A DNA stretch of 64,000 nt, from assembly GCF_006345805.1 (NCBI RefSeq), contig NC_043003.1:44454001-44518000 (forward strand), in the 5' to 3' direction. The notes beneath the pieces were generated by a model. It was given only the letters and a program-made list of their open reading frames with translations, made no database searches and was not told where the DNA came from. Both the position numbers and the translations under genes were made by a program. Origin of the DNA: Octopus sinensis. Lineage: Eukaryota. Position 1 is the first letter of the stretch, and every line of letters starts with the position of its first letter. Positions 26,000 through 39,021 of the stretch are shown here, in pieces.

Positions 26000-26978
26000 C
26001 GGTAATTTCTGGTCTTGTGCTGCAATTAATAATCCCTCTATCTCTGCGTTGAGTCCTGAGCTTCTCAACCATTGCTGGGATTTTCCTTTTTTTATTTCTT
26101 TTGCATTTAGTATAGTCCAGTATTTGCCATGAAGGGTCTTTTCTTGCCATCGTTTTATCATGGTTCGTTGTTGTTCTAGTTTTAGTTTGAATATCATTTG
26201 TTTTATAGCTTTTGTTGTTTCTTCATCTTCTTCGTCTTCTTCATATTTTTTAGGTGATATGATTTCTTGTTTGTATTTGTCTGCTTCCGTAAATACTGAT
26301 AACAGTTTCTTTTTTATTTTGCTCGTATTTTGCCGCTATGTGTATAAGTTTTCCTTGCTTCTGAAGTAGATATTTTTGAAGTCCTATGGTGGTTATTTTC
26401 TAGTAGTTTTCCAGCTGTATAAAACCTCTACCACCTTCTATACGTTGTATATATAGCGTTTCTATATCAGATTTTGGGTGATGCATCCAAGATCCTGTCA
26501 TTATTTTTCTTGTTTTCCTATCTATTTTGGTCTCCAGTGAAGGACATTGAAGCTGTAACGTATAACTGGGACGGCTAAAGTGTTAATACCTATTATCTTG
26601 TTTTTAGCATTGAGCTCTATTTTTATTATTGATCTAACTCGTCTATAATATTTTTCTTTCATTTGTGTGTGTTGTGTCTTATCTAGTTCATGGATTCCTA
26701 AGTATTTTTAAGTTTGGCTTTGATCTAATTCTTTTATTTCATTGGTTTTATCTAGTGTGATGTTACTACTCTTAACTAGTTTTCCTCTTTTCAGGGTTAC
26801 TTTGGTGCATTTTCTAATCCAAATTTCATGTCTATTTCTTTGGTGAATCCATGAACTGTCTTTAGTAGTGTTTCCAGCTGTTTGTCATATGTAGCGTAGA
26901 GTTTTATGTCATCCATATATAAAAGGTGGCTGATCGTTTTGCCGTAACAGTTATATCTGCATCCAGTTCTATTTAGCA

Positions 26979-26979
<1 letters not shown>
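26000..26979 (-). mobile_element. 5'- and 3'-truncated R4/Dong-like LINE
   Basis: ORFs 26797-26979 (ISHLLYMDDIKLY...KFGL) and 25931-26197 (RWQEKTLHGKY...WLRSSGLNAEIEGLLIAAQDQ). Its 5' end abuts an (AAT)n/(ACT)n tract. Confidence 0.92.
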
Positions 26980-27064
<85 letters not shown>

Positions 27065-27096
27065 TTACTACTATGATTATTATTATTATTATTAGT
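26980..27096. repeat. Compound (TTA)n(TAG)n microsatellite
   Basis: Direct reading. Confidence 0.95.
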
Positions 27097-27574
27097 TAAT
27101 AAACCGTATGTTATACACCTGGTTGTTTACTAGTAAACAATATGTTTAAATATTCGCGTATGTATATGTGCATTTTATGTTCGTGTAACATATATACTTG
27201 ATATATAAGTGGGGGTATCTGTGTAATATTCGTGTATCTATAAAAAAGTAAGTTAATATAAATATATATGATCATATATGGGTTTTAGGTATGGATATTT
27301 CCACATCACACATTAGCTCTTCAAATTTTCACTTACCTATTATTTTAATCTCGCTTTTCACATTGATATAGAAGAAACTTGAATAACATGTTTCACTTGT
27401 GTTTTAAACACTGTCAGTCAGCAGCTGGCCTTACAAGAGACCTAAGGGCTCATCAACGGAGTGATTGTACTGTTTGTTAGGGTATGGTGTGTGTATTGAT
27501 GGGACGGTTATCATCTCTCAGAATGTATTATATATATATATTCGGAGGTTTGGACGTGATGTAGAGATATTATC

Positions 27575-28716
27575 TATTAGAGCAAATAAGGTACTCAGAG
27601 ATGTGGATTGAGATTGTTGTATATATACAAATAGTTATTAACATGTCATATGTTTTTTACAAATCACATGCAAGCGCTTTCATCTACTCTAATAGATTCT
27701 TCAGATTTAAATTGTGTGCAGGGATTTGACTTTTTATAGCATTAGGGTAAAGTTTGGAGTGGAGAGAGCGGGGGGAAAGAAGAGTAATATTGAGTGTATA
27801 GAATAGGAAAAGAGGGAGATGAATGGGGAGATAGTGCAGAGAGGAAGTGAAAGACTATGTTTTTGTGCGTGTATGCGTGTGTGTGTGTGTGTGTGTGTGC
27901 CTGTGTATCTGAAAGGAAGCGTTTTAAGCAAGAGACAATGAGAAAATGAAAAGACTATACATTTTAAGTAGATGCCTAGAACAGATGCTTACTTTGGTTC
28001 AGCCAGTTCACCAGGAGGTGTGAAAGAATACTGTGAAAAATGTGTTTTTCTTAATGTCAATGGAAAAGAGGGGAAGAAAGGGAGGAAGAAAGAAAACAGA
28101 ACCCCACCCCTAGAGAAACCACCTTGTCTCGCCATTTTTACAGACCAAGAATCAACTTGCCATCTTCTGTTGAAGGAACTCACCAACAGATATTTTAGTT
28201 ATAAACACGTATTTTTCTCCTTTGTTTCCTTCTCTTTTCCATTGACATGAAGAAAAACACATTTTTTCACCTTGAAAACATTTTTCTTTCAGATCTGTCT
28301 GAACAAAACTAAGCATCTATTCGCGCCACCTACTTAAAATATATATATTCTTTTCCGTTTCTCTTTATCTCTTGTTCAAAACGCTTCCTCTCAGATACAC
28401 AGGCACATACGCACACATGCACACGTACACACACACTCTCTCTCTCTCACTTTCTCCCTCCACTATCACCCCATTCCTCTCTCTCTTTCCCTACTCTATA
28501 CACTCCACAATACTCATCTTTTCCCTCTCTCTCTCCACCCAACCCATTCACTAATACTATAAAAAGAGATAAATCCCTTCACAAAATTTAAATCTGAAGA
28601 ATCCATTAGAGTAGATGAAAGCGCTTATATGTGATTTGTAAAAGCATGTGACGTGTTAATAAATAATTGTATGTGTACAGCCATTCAGATCTTAGAGTAC
28701 CTTATCTTTTCTAATA
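27575..28716. mobile_element. Foldback element with ~510 bp diverged inverted arms and a ~120 bp spacer
   Basis: Left arm 27575-~28090 mirrors right arm ~28210-28716, e.g. AAGCGCTTTCATCTACTCTAATAGATTCTTCAGATTTAAAT vs ATTTAAATCTGAAGAATCCATTAGAGTAGATGAAAGCGCTT. ORFs 27734-27931(-) and 28372-28554(+) translate as paralogues. Confidence 0.88.
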
Positions 28717-28878
28717 TATATATATGTATATAATTATAAACATAAAATTATAATTAAGGGCACTGGTAGGCCAGCACCAATACACTAGAGTAGGTGTCAA
28801 ATGTCTGCAAAGTTTGTTCTCCTATTCTTCACAAGGCTGAATGAGAGGAAATGGAAAACATATGTATATATATATATA

Positions 28879-29097
28879 CTCTTTTACTCTTTTACTTGTT
28901 TCAGTCATCTGACTGCGGCCATGCTGGAGCACCGCCTTTAGTCGAGCAAATCGACCCCGGGACTTATTCTTTTGTAAGCCCAGTACTTATTCTATCGGCC
29001 TCTTTTGCCGAACCGCTAAGTAACGGGGACGTAAACACACCAGCATAGGTTGTCAAGCAATGCTAGGGTGACAAACACAGACACACAAACACACACA

Positions 29098-29143
<46 letters not shown>

Positions 29144-29322
29144 ATATATATACATATATACGACGGACTTCTTTCAATTTCGTCTACCAATCCACTCACA
29201 AGGCATTGGTCGGCCCGGGGCTATAGCAGAAGACACTTGCCCAAGATGCCACACAGTGGGACTGAACCCGGAAACATGTGGTTGGTTAGCAAGCTACTTA
29301 CCACACAGCCACTCCTGCACCT
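28879..29322 (-). mobile_element. tRNA-headed SINE, family A
   Basis: Well-preserved copy with an internal (CA)n(TA)n tract. Confidence 0.93.
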
Positions 29323-29440
29323 ATATATATATGTGTTTGTGTCGGGGGTATACTTAATATATATATAATATATATATATAGGTATATATTTATACATATT
29401 TATATGTATATATACGTACGTATATATCTGTGTACGTATG

Positions 29441-29502
<62 letters not shown>

Positions 29503-29503
<1 letters not shown>

Positions 29504-29954
29504 AATAAATGAAAGAATGGAGCTGAACGACGAATTAACAAAATTCCTTTCTTCTCGACATATGTTTCGAAGGCTGCATATTCTTAATTTCGAAGGAATA
29601 AGGGGTGCATTATGCCGCCTTCTCAGAAAAAAAAACAAGGAACTTATGTCAGCATCAAAATGAACAAAAATCTTTAGATGACTGCCCACACGGAGCCCAT
29701 AGCGATAATGAGTGTTTCTTATAACGGAATACTTTAAAGAAACACTCATTATCGCTATGGACACCGTGTGGGCAGTCATCTAAAAGTTTTTGTTCATCTT
29801 GATGCTGACATAAGTTCCTTGTTTTTTCTGATGAGAAGGCGGCATAATGCGCCCCTTATTCCTTCGAAATTAGGAATATGCAGCCTTCGAAACATATGTC
29901 GAGAATAAAGGAATTTTGTTAATTCGTCGATCAACACCATTCTTTCATTTATTT
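29503..29954. repeat. Near-perfect 218 bp inverted repeat with a 16 bp spacer; probable head-to-head PLE terminal-repeat pair
   Basis: Arms 29503-29720 and 29737-29954 are reverse complements with about 15 differences by eye. Left end sits in (TA)n. Confidence 0.95.
29812..29916 (+). ncRNA. Type I hammerhead ribozyme motif with intact core
   Basis: CUGAUGA 29828-29834; stem II GAAGGC/GCCUUC with further helices; GAAA 29889-29892; palindromic ACAUAUGU stem III; GUC site ending at 29900; stem I 29812-29827 pairs with 29901-29916 (14 of 16 including G-U, with a 2x2 internal loop). Confidence 0.82.
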
Positions 29955-30110
29955 TATTTAAAAAACACACAAATTTCCACACGAAAGCACGTGATCTCTG
30001 CCCTTGGCATGTAGCTTCAACCGTGTTTTTCTGACGTGAATTTGCTACCCAGGTATGGGTTAACCGAATTATCCATAATAAGATAATTCATTCAACTACT
30101 TATATATATT

Positions 30111-30151
<41 letters not shown>

Positions 30152-30720
30152 TTGTGTGTGCGTGTAGACCACACGTGTGAACATGCATGAGGCTGGTTGT
30201 AAATATTCCATCTCCAAATTTCCTCTCAATGTATAGGGAAATCCTCAGTTAGAGCAGAAACAACTAGTCCTGACGTAACACACTGATCGGGAGAAACAAG
30301 TAACACGAAGTATCAAAGTTAATATTGTAACCAGAAAGCGATATATGCAGCCATAGAGAATCCCTACATCAATAGCTATGTGGCTATATTCTTCACCATG
30401 TTTATACATTGTAATTCAACGTATTATATTTATTATTTTTACTTATCTCTTTCTGAATTTACCTGAATAACAACTGGTTATTCATCAAATTTTGTATCTG
30501 TCCAAATGCAGTTATATTCCTCACCGCTTCTTAAGTGCTTTTCTCTGAATAATACCACCCTATCTATCTACACAGCTACGGGAATATATACATGCGTACA
30601 TATATGCATATATGGATCTCTATGCATTCCTAGCTACTCAGCTACTTACCGAGCAATCTATGCATGTCTGCGTTTGCTTCCCTCCTCTCCCCCGTTTCTT
30701 CCTTGCATATATGTATATAA

Positions 30721-30757
<37 letters not shown>

Positions 30758-31309
30758 TGTATAGATGTATATATACATATACACTCATATACGTAAATAT
30801 GTGTTTATATATATATATAAGTATATATACATATATATATATATAAATGTATATACGTGTGTGCATATATATATGTATATTAGTTATGTAAAATATACAC
30901 AGTTCTGTGTATGTCTATATACTTACACTTAAATATAATTACGTTCATATGGATTGAATCATGCAATTGATACATCAAACAGACAACCAACGTTAAATAT
31001 ACGGAATGGAATGATTATGCGTATGTTAAAGATTGACCTATATAGGCATCTGCTATAGCCAAACAACGCAATTGACTCTGCCCTTATGAAAGTAATATAT
31101 CATAGTACGTCATTTACCATATCTACTCAGTAAGGTATCCTAGGTGATTCTTTTCCCATATGAGATTTCTGTGAGAAATATCTCTGAATGCTTCTCGTGT
31201 GGTTTTAATCATTTTTCACAGAGCTTCAAACAAAAGGTTGAAAAGATCAGCAAGATGATTCTTCGCTATGAGGCCTTTTAAAAGCACCCGTCAATCATTC
31301 AATTTGTGG

Positions 31310-31361
<52 letters not shown>

Positions 31362-31673
31362 AGATATATTATTATATCGACATGTCCTTGAACGAATAGG
31401 CTGCTATATTTAATATCTCATATGGTCTACAATCAATTTAATGGAATGCTGAACAGTGTCCAAACATGTTTAGAAAGTTGTTCTCTATTCTCTATTTGCG
31501 CGCCTGTGGCTTTTGAGCATGGGAATCGACACACATACATATATATGTCTGCATGTGTCCGAGAATGTGTTTGTATGTGTGCATATGTATATATATATAT
31601 ATATATTATATATATATATATATACATACATTTATGCATATATGTACATATTTATAGGTATATATATATATAT

Positions 31674-31710
<37 letters not shown>

Positions 31711-32153
31711 GAATGAATATACATACATACATATAAGTGTGTGTGTGTGCATGTGTGTGTGTAAATGTAAAATTGTTTGTGCTCGTGCCGCTACAAGCAC
31801 TAGGAATAATGAATTATAAAATATATTTAAGGGCGAAATTTGTTTACTTGTTTCCAATTTCGTGTTATTTTAAGTTATCTCATTCTAAGTCAACTGTTTA
31901 TAAAAAAGTGTTAAAAACGACTCACAACGTTCTAACTCTAGAGTCAGTTACTCTCCCTGTAACTAAGAAGCCATTTTCTGATGTGTTATATTTACTGGAA
32001 TTTCCTATAGTTTATTTATAATATTAGCTATTCAAAATGTTATAATGCAGTCAAATGATCCACTATACAGTTTCCGTACGTCAAGAGTTGGCATCGTAGT
32101 TACATTACATGAAAATTTTCTTGACTTCAGTTCCCTCCGATTATTCATGTATA

Positions 32154-32347
32154 CTCTTTTACTCATTTATTTGTTTCGGTCATTTGACTGCGGCCATGCT
32201 GGAGCACCGCCTTTAGTCGAGCAAATCGACCCCTGGACTTATTCTTTGTAAGCCCAGTACTTATTCTATCGGTCTCTTTTGCCGAACTGCTAAGTGATGG
32301 GGACGTACACACACCAGCATCGTTGTCAAGCAAAGCTAGGGGGACGA

Positions 32348-32379
<32 letters not shown>

Positions 32380-32386
32380 GATATAT

Positions 32387-32418
<32 letters not shown>

Positions 32419-32591
32419 CATATATACGACAGATTTCTTTCAGTTTTCCGTCTACCAAATCCACTCACAAAGCATTGGTTGGCCCGGGGCTATAGTAGAA
32501 GACACTTGTCCAAGATGCCACGCAGTGGGACTGAACCCGGAATCATGTGGTTGGTTAGCAAGCTACTTACCACACAGCCACTCCTGCGCCT
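32154..32591 (-). mobile_element. tRNA-headed SINE, family A
   Basis: Well-preserved copy. Confidence 0.93.
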
Positions 32592-35255
32592 ATATCACAT
32601 TTTCTTGATAATGTAACTTCCTAAATTTATAAGCTAATATTTTAATATAAACACTGGTATGTATTACACCGTCCCTTTACATTACCTTAATATATTCGGA
32701 GCTGTTTGTAGATAAATGTCTCATAGCATATTTATTATATGTGATTGAGGAAGATGATGCGTGTATATATGCATGCATATATATATATATTTATATATAC
32801 ACACACACATATATGCATGTATGTTTGTACATATAAATTTGTGTAAGCTTAAATATTCTGCACTATTTGTGATATTTGCCGTTTTATATCTTAAATCACA
32901 GTAGGGTCCGATACAAACTTTTTTTGGTTTTTTTGTTATGACTCATATTCATGTTTCAAGGAATGAAGAATTTCGTGTGTTTATTTTACTATATACGCAA
33001 TGTTGTACGTTTGTTCAACATGAAAGTAAGATCAATTCTCTTGATATTCCTTATTCTGTTGTACTTGACTTCTCTGCTACAAGTATTTTCATTTTTTGAC
33101 GATACTTGCTTTCCCGATTTTGTCTATTCTTATCGCTTGAAATTATATAGGGATGCTTTTTTTTTTATTTTTGCGGTTTCTTGGTGCCGTCAATATTTTT
33201 TCCATATATCTCTGTATGATTAATGCTTTATTACTTTCGCACTCGCACTAGTCTATTATATTTTATTTATAAAATGCATTTATAAAAATTATTGTTACAT
33301 AGTATATAGATTTAAACTATATAGAACAAATTGATAGTTCATTATATTCTGTTTCTCTATTTTTTTATGATTACATTAGATTATTAGATTTTAGACCTCC
33401 TCCAATCAGATTCAAGTGATAACATTAATATTTTGTTTATCAACTCTACGTTTTTGTGCCGATAATGTACACATGTTAATGTACGATGTTAGGAATACAT
33501 TTTAATAAACAGAAAAATAATCAAGACTTACATATTAAAATAATGTATATTTATTTAAGTAAAATGTAAGTTTGTGAAAAATATAGGTAATATATTTTAA
33601 TGTACTTCACATGTATTTATCTCGTGTTCATTTCGTTTACATAATATGTACGCACGCGCACACACTTATACGTACATATATAGACATGCATCAACATATA
33701 TATGTATTATGTTTGCATATATATATATGTGTGTGTGTGTGTGTTTGTGCATGTATACGTACACATATACACGCGTATATATGTCTGCATGTACACACAG
33801 ACACACATACGCACAGATGTATGTTTGTATCTTGGAGCTGGAATTAACTTTAATATTTATTTAGTTTTCTTCGCACAAACAGTTCACTGACGCAAATCAG
33901 CAGATGCACTGAAATAACATCGGTTGGTGTAACAATTGGTCTGACGAAAAGTTGGAGATCAGATAATGAATGTTTTAGTGATGTTAACTGTACTTTTTAC
34001 TATTTGAATGGTTAATACGTGCCTTCCACGCTTTCATTGTTTTAGTTTCGCATCATGGCTTCTGAGTAAATGACTTGTCTCTCTCCCTCTCACACACGTA
34101 CACATACGCACGCACGCACACATCCACACAGACAATATTTCTGTCTCTCACTCTCGCTGACGCATACACGGATATTATCCATGAGTATGAGAGTGTGAAT
34201 ACCGTTTCCTTGTTGGTAGTATCAGCAAAGAAAATTCTGTCTATGGAGAGATAAAAGTCATTTACTCAATTAAAAATATATTAGTACCTTAGTAATAAGT
34301 ATTAGTGCATTAGTAATACGTGAATTATTTCAAGTTTCATGTTTATATGGAATTTTAACCGGGGTGACGTACACAGCGAACCATGCGATGATCCAGAATG
34401 CTCGAGGCACAACGGCGTGAATACACGAGGAAATGCAAGGAAAATTACGAGCAAAAGTTAAAATGAAGAGAAAACAATAGGAAAAAATTTAAAGAGGGAA
34501 GGAATTTATTTTCTATGATCTCTTAAATACATTAATTCGTTAATGTTAAATCAAATCAAAAATCTACACCTAGTATAGGATAATCGAATGTGGGAGAGGC
34601 AACAGCGCGTCAAGCTCAGTGTCGAAACTGGTGAGGTAAAAGACTTCTAGTCCAGCAAAATTTCAAGAATTACAGACGCGAGTTTTGAAATTCGGCGCAG
34701 TTCTTCGATCGTATATAGATGCGTATTCTTTCGATGATACAGAATCTGCACTTTATAACCCATTTATGATTGACTTAAATAACAGTACGATTCTCATTGT
34801 CTGTGTGCAATATGGATGCCTATCAGGTTCCAGATAAATGTTGCTAGTATTTGTGCTTTACCATTTGGTCTAAATGCTTGAAAGGAGAATATTGACTGCT
34901 TTATATATAGAGACAGTGTTGTGAGAAAATTTCGCAGTGCGTCTATACACACGTTTCTCATATCAATGCATAACTAGGACATGTTTATGCATGAAGACTC
35001 GGGATATTTGGCTACATTAATCCTGCCATTCAAGGAGAAGATTGTGAGAAAAACAGCAAAGCATAAGTTTCTTTGGAGTAATTTCAACAAAGCATTGATT
35101 TTCTGTTAAGTGTATGCAGGTGACATCTTAAAGGAAGAGATGCAAGAGTTAATATTGCAAATGTTAGCCGTAAAGATGTTTCAGTTGATAGTGAATAGCG
35201 TGACTATTGCAATTATATATAAGTTTGCCATTTGGTTTATGGGATGGATTTATAG

Positions 35256-35375
35256 TGTGGTACTTACTCTATCAGTCTCATTTGCCGAACCGCTATATTA
35301 CGGGAACGAAAACACACCAACTTCGGTTGTCAAGTATTGGTGGGGAGATAAACACTGGCAAAACATACAAATATA
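35256..35375 (-). mobile_element. Partial, diverged SINE family A body
   Basis: GGTACTTACTCTATCAGTCTCATTTGCCGAACCGCTATATTACGGGAACGAAAACACACCAAC matches the family A body. Confidence 0.75.
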
Positions 35376-35376
35376 C

Positions 35377-35461
<85 letters not shown>

Positions 35462-35469
<8 letters not shown>

Positions 35470-36039
35470 AAAAATATGGTAAAGTAAAAAAATTCACTTT
35501 ACCACACACCGAACTTTTCAGAAATAGCAGCCAAAAATATGGTTATTTCTTCAACTGCAAATAAAAGTCTCCAGACAATGCATACTCAGAAAATAACTCA
35601 CATAGGTATAAGGGAAAAACAATGAAAGATCACATCCATATACGATACCCGAGGACAGTCTGTTTCTGGATTTGTGGGTAAATCGCCACTTTTCCTTCAT
35701 CAGATTTGAAAATACTAAGAATCAAACATACCCGTCCGATATCTGTAACATCGGACAAACCATGCCAGACACCCAGTACTAGCGAATCCAAAAATACGAA
35801 TGAGATCTATTATTCTCCCTGTCCACCCACGTGAGTCGTAGAACATTACATTTCTACAGAGGTAAAAACTGCAGTTCTTGGAGAGAAAAGCATTATATTG
35901 TCATCAAAACAGGGGGTAGAATTAATTAATTATTAATAAATTCGACCAAGCAGTATTCGGTATGTAAAGACCATTTACGGTGTATTTGAAGTATTAATTT
36001 ATAAAAATATGGTAAAGTAAAAAAAATCACTTTACCACA
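35462..36039. repeat. Segment bounded by 45 bp direct repeats, containing a hammerhead-like core on the minus strand
   Basis: TAATTTATAAAAATATGGTAAAGTAAAAAAA(T/A)TCACTTTACCACA at 35462-35506 and 35995-36039. Confidence 0.8.
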
Positions 36040-36439
36040 TATATATATATGAAGTGTACGTGGGTATATATTTATAAAAATAATTTTGAAAACCCCACCA
36101 CGTGGACTCTGTTGAGAATAGTAAGGAATAATTATGAAATTGTTATTACACTTAACTTTTAAAAATAATTTTGATAAGTTTCGTCTTTTCAAGAAGAAAA
36201 AAAACATGTAAAATCTCTAAGGGAATTAAAATTTATCCTATATAGTGGCATTTTTAAACTTCTTTTACACACACACACATATACACACACACATATACAT
36301 ATATAAATTATTTTAGATAAATATTTACCGACACGTAGGAGAAATTTGAAACTTGAACTATGTTTAAATGCACAGGGAGCTATTAATTTGTTTGCTGGAA
36401 TAGATAATAAATATAAAAGTAAATTTATATAAATAAATA

Positions 36440-37000
36440 TTGATAATTATTATTCATCTATAAATCCTGAAGTTCTTAATTAGGCTCTTTTGCTTGCTAA
36501 AAAAGATTTATCCTTAATTTAAAAGAAATTAAAATAATTTTAGAAGCTAGAAAATCAGTAACATTATTTGATAATATGATGGATTTGATATTTCTATGGG
36601 ATCAGCTGATTTTGATCAGGTTACTGATCTTACAGGGATATACATTCTATTTATTTATATGGGTAGTGATTTTCCGGAAATTAGAGGTGGATTGTACAGA
36701 GATGATACGCTGTGTTTAATTGATAACATATCTAATAATGAATTAGATTTTTGTATGAAAAGGCTTCATGAATTCTTCAAAAGTTTTGGTTTATCTCATT
36801 GTATTGAAAATGAACATGATTTTGTTAATTATTTAGATGTTAATCTGAATCTTGTTAAATATCATTAAATTAATACTAATTTAAAGTATATTAATTTTAA
36901 TACTAATCATCCTACAGCAATTGACATACTTTGGTTTAAAAGATTCAGTGATGAATTTCATATTTGTCTTCTAATGTGTAAATTTTCAATAGTAACGATG
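36440..37000 (+). mobile_element. Degraded, AT-drifted Penelope-like RT fragment (YRDD type)
   Basis: ORF 36596-36868 MGSADFDQVTDLTGIYIL...GLYRDDTL...FFKSFGL...VNYLDVNLNL; upstream ILEARKS. Confidence 0.8.
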
Positions 37001-37035
37001 AATACTACAATGTAGCGCGTGAAAAACGGAATATA

Positions 37036-37090
<55 letters not shown>

Positions 37091-37374
37091 GTTTATATAT
37101 ATATATATAAGATCGTATCTTATTTATTGTAAACGAGAGAAAAACAGTATAAATTATAATAATACTAAATAGATGCACAACGTATCGGGTAAATATAATA
37201 TTATGGGGTGAGTAATAAAATTAAACTTGCTAAAGCTCATAAAAATAAGGATGATACAGTAATTAATAAATTGACCACAAATGAATCTCATAATAAACAA
37301 ATCAGTAGTAGAGAAAAATGCAGTGTAAAACAATATTCTGAAATTAATATCAATAATGGAGATAACTTAAGTGC

Positions 37375-37384
37375 AATAATAATT

Positions 37385-37415
<31 letters not shown>

Positions 37416-37492
37416 TAATAATAATAATAACAACAACAACAACAACATCAACAATAATAATAATAATGATAATAATAATGATAATAATAATG

Positions 37493-37590
<98 letters not shown>

Positions 37591-37635
37591 AAGAAGAAGA
37601 AGAAGAAGAAGAAGAAGAAGAAGAAGAAGAAGAAA
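37375..37635. repeat. Compound (AAT)n/(AAC)n/(AAG)n microsatellite
   Basis: Direct reading. Confidence 0.97.
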
Positions 37636-38990
37636 TTTAAGAGTTGAAACTATATTCCATAAGTTAATTTTCATCATAATTTTCATCATAAAATTTATGA
37701 CGGTAATAATATTTGTTCTATTATTCCTTTTACAAAACAAAACTAATTTCGTCAAATGATTTTACTGATTTATATGTAAATATTATAATAAAGGAAATGT
37801 GTATAATAAAATAATTAATAATAAAATTATTAGAATTCGCCTTTGAGTATCTATAACCTTATTTTAATATCAATAGATTAGATGCGTGTTTTTGTTATAG
37901 TAATAGAAACAATATTACTTTAATTACTAACGCTATTGAATGACCTAATCGAAGTAGTATAGCTTAGATATTTGTGAATGTAGGTTTAAGCGTAATTGTT
38001 ATTTCAATATATTTTGTATGCAAAATAACCTTATATACAGATGTAGATTTGAGTCTGAAGGAAATAGTCATTATTAACTTTTATTAATCTATGTTTTGCA
38101 AACAATGAATATACTTTGAGAAATAGCAATAAGTTTAATTAAATTCATATGGACGTTAAAGGAGAGTAAGAAATTATATAACCTTGTATCAACATTTAAA
38201 ATAAAATAATGACCAATGAGAACGTGTTTTAATCATGTAAACGCCCTTCAAAGTTTGCGTTTAGAAAGTACTATTATATTGAATTGATGATATGGAGGAT
38301 TATGAGGTATTAAAGTATTAATTATTTTAGGTAATTAAATGATATATAAATTATCAAATCTTCAGAATATGTATATATATATGTTTGCATGTATGTATTT
38401 ATATGTGTATGTAATTGTCGTTGTATGTAGATATATGCATATATACGTATATGTATATGTGTATGTATATGTGTATATGCATATATATCTAGCTTTAGGT
38501 TTGGAATTTATATGCATGTGTGCACCCATGTGTGTGTGAGTGTGTATGTGTGTGTGAGTGTGTATGTGTATGTGTTTGTGTGTCTGTGTTTACTATTATT
38601 ATTCTTGTTTTCTAATAAATTCATTAGGATCATTTATTGATTCTCAATATTATATTAAGTAATATAGTACTAATTATATTAAGTAATATAGTACTAAATA
38701 TTTATTAATCTCGAAATATATTCTGAGTAAAGTATCTTATGTGGCGGCGCAATGGACTCGCGGTCGAAGGATCGGGGTTTCCAATGTATATTAGCAGTTA
38801 TTATTTCAAATAATTGTAGGGTTTAAATTTGTAGAATTGTAATTGTAATTATAAATTTATTTTTATTTATTTAAATTTTATTTTATAGATGTATTCATTT
38901 ATATACATTATCTGAATATCCATGCAAATATATAAGCATATGCATAGAATATGTATATCGGGGTATGTGTATATATGCATATATATATAT

Positions 38991-39021
<31 letters not shown>

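Noticed and set aside
30180-30290. GAAACAACTAGTC and small hairpins near the ribozyme palindrome
   Set aside because: No intact CUGANGA in register; at best a very decayed remnant.
35120-35169. 50 nt plus-strand exon candidate (GDILKEEMQELILQMLA)
   Set aside because: Weak polypyrimidine tract and no homology recognised.
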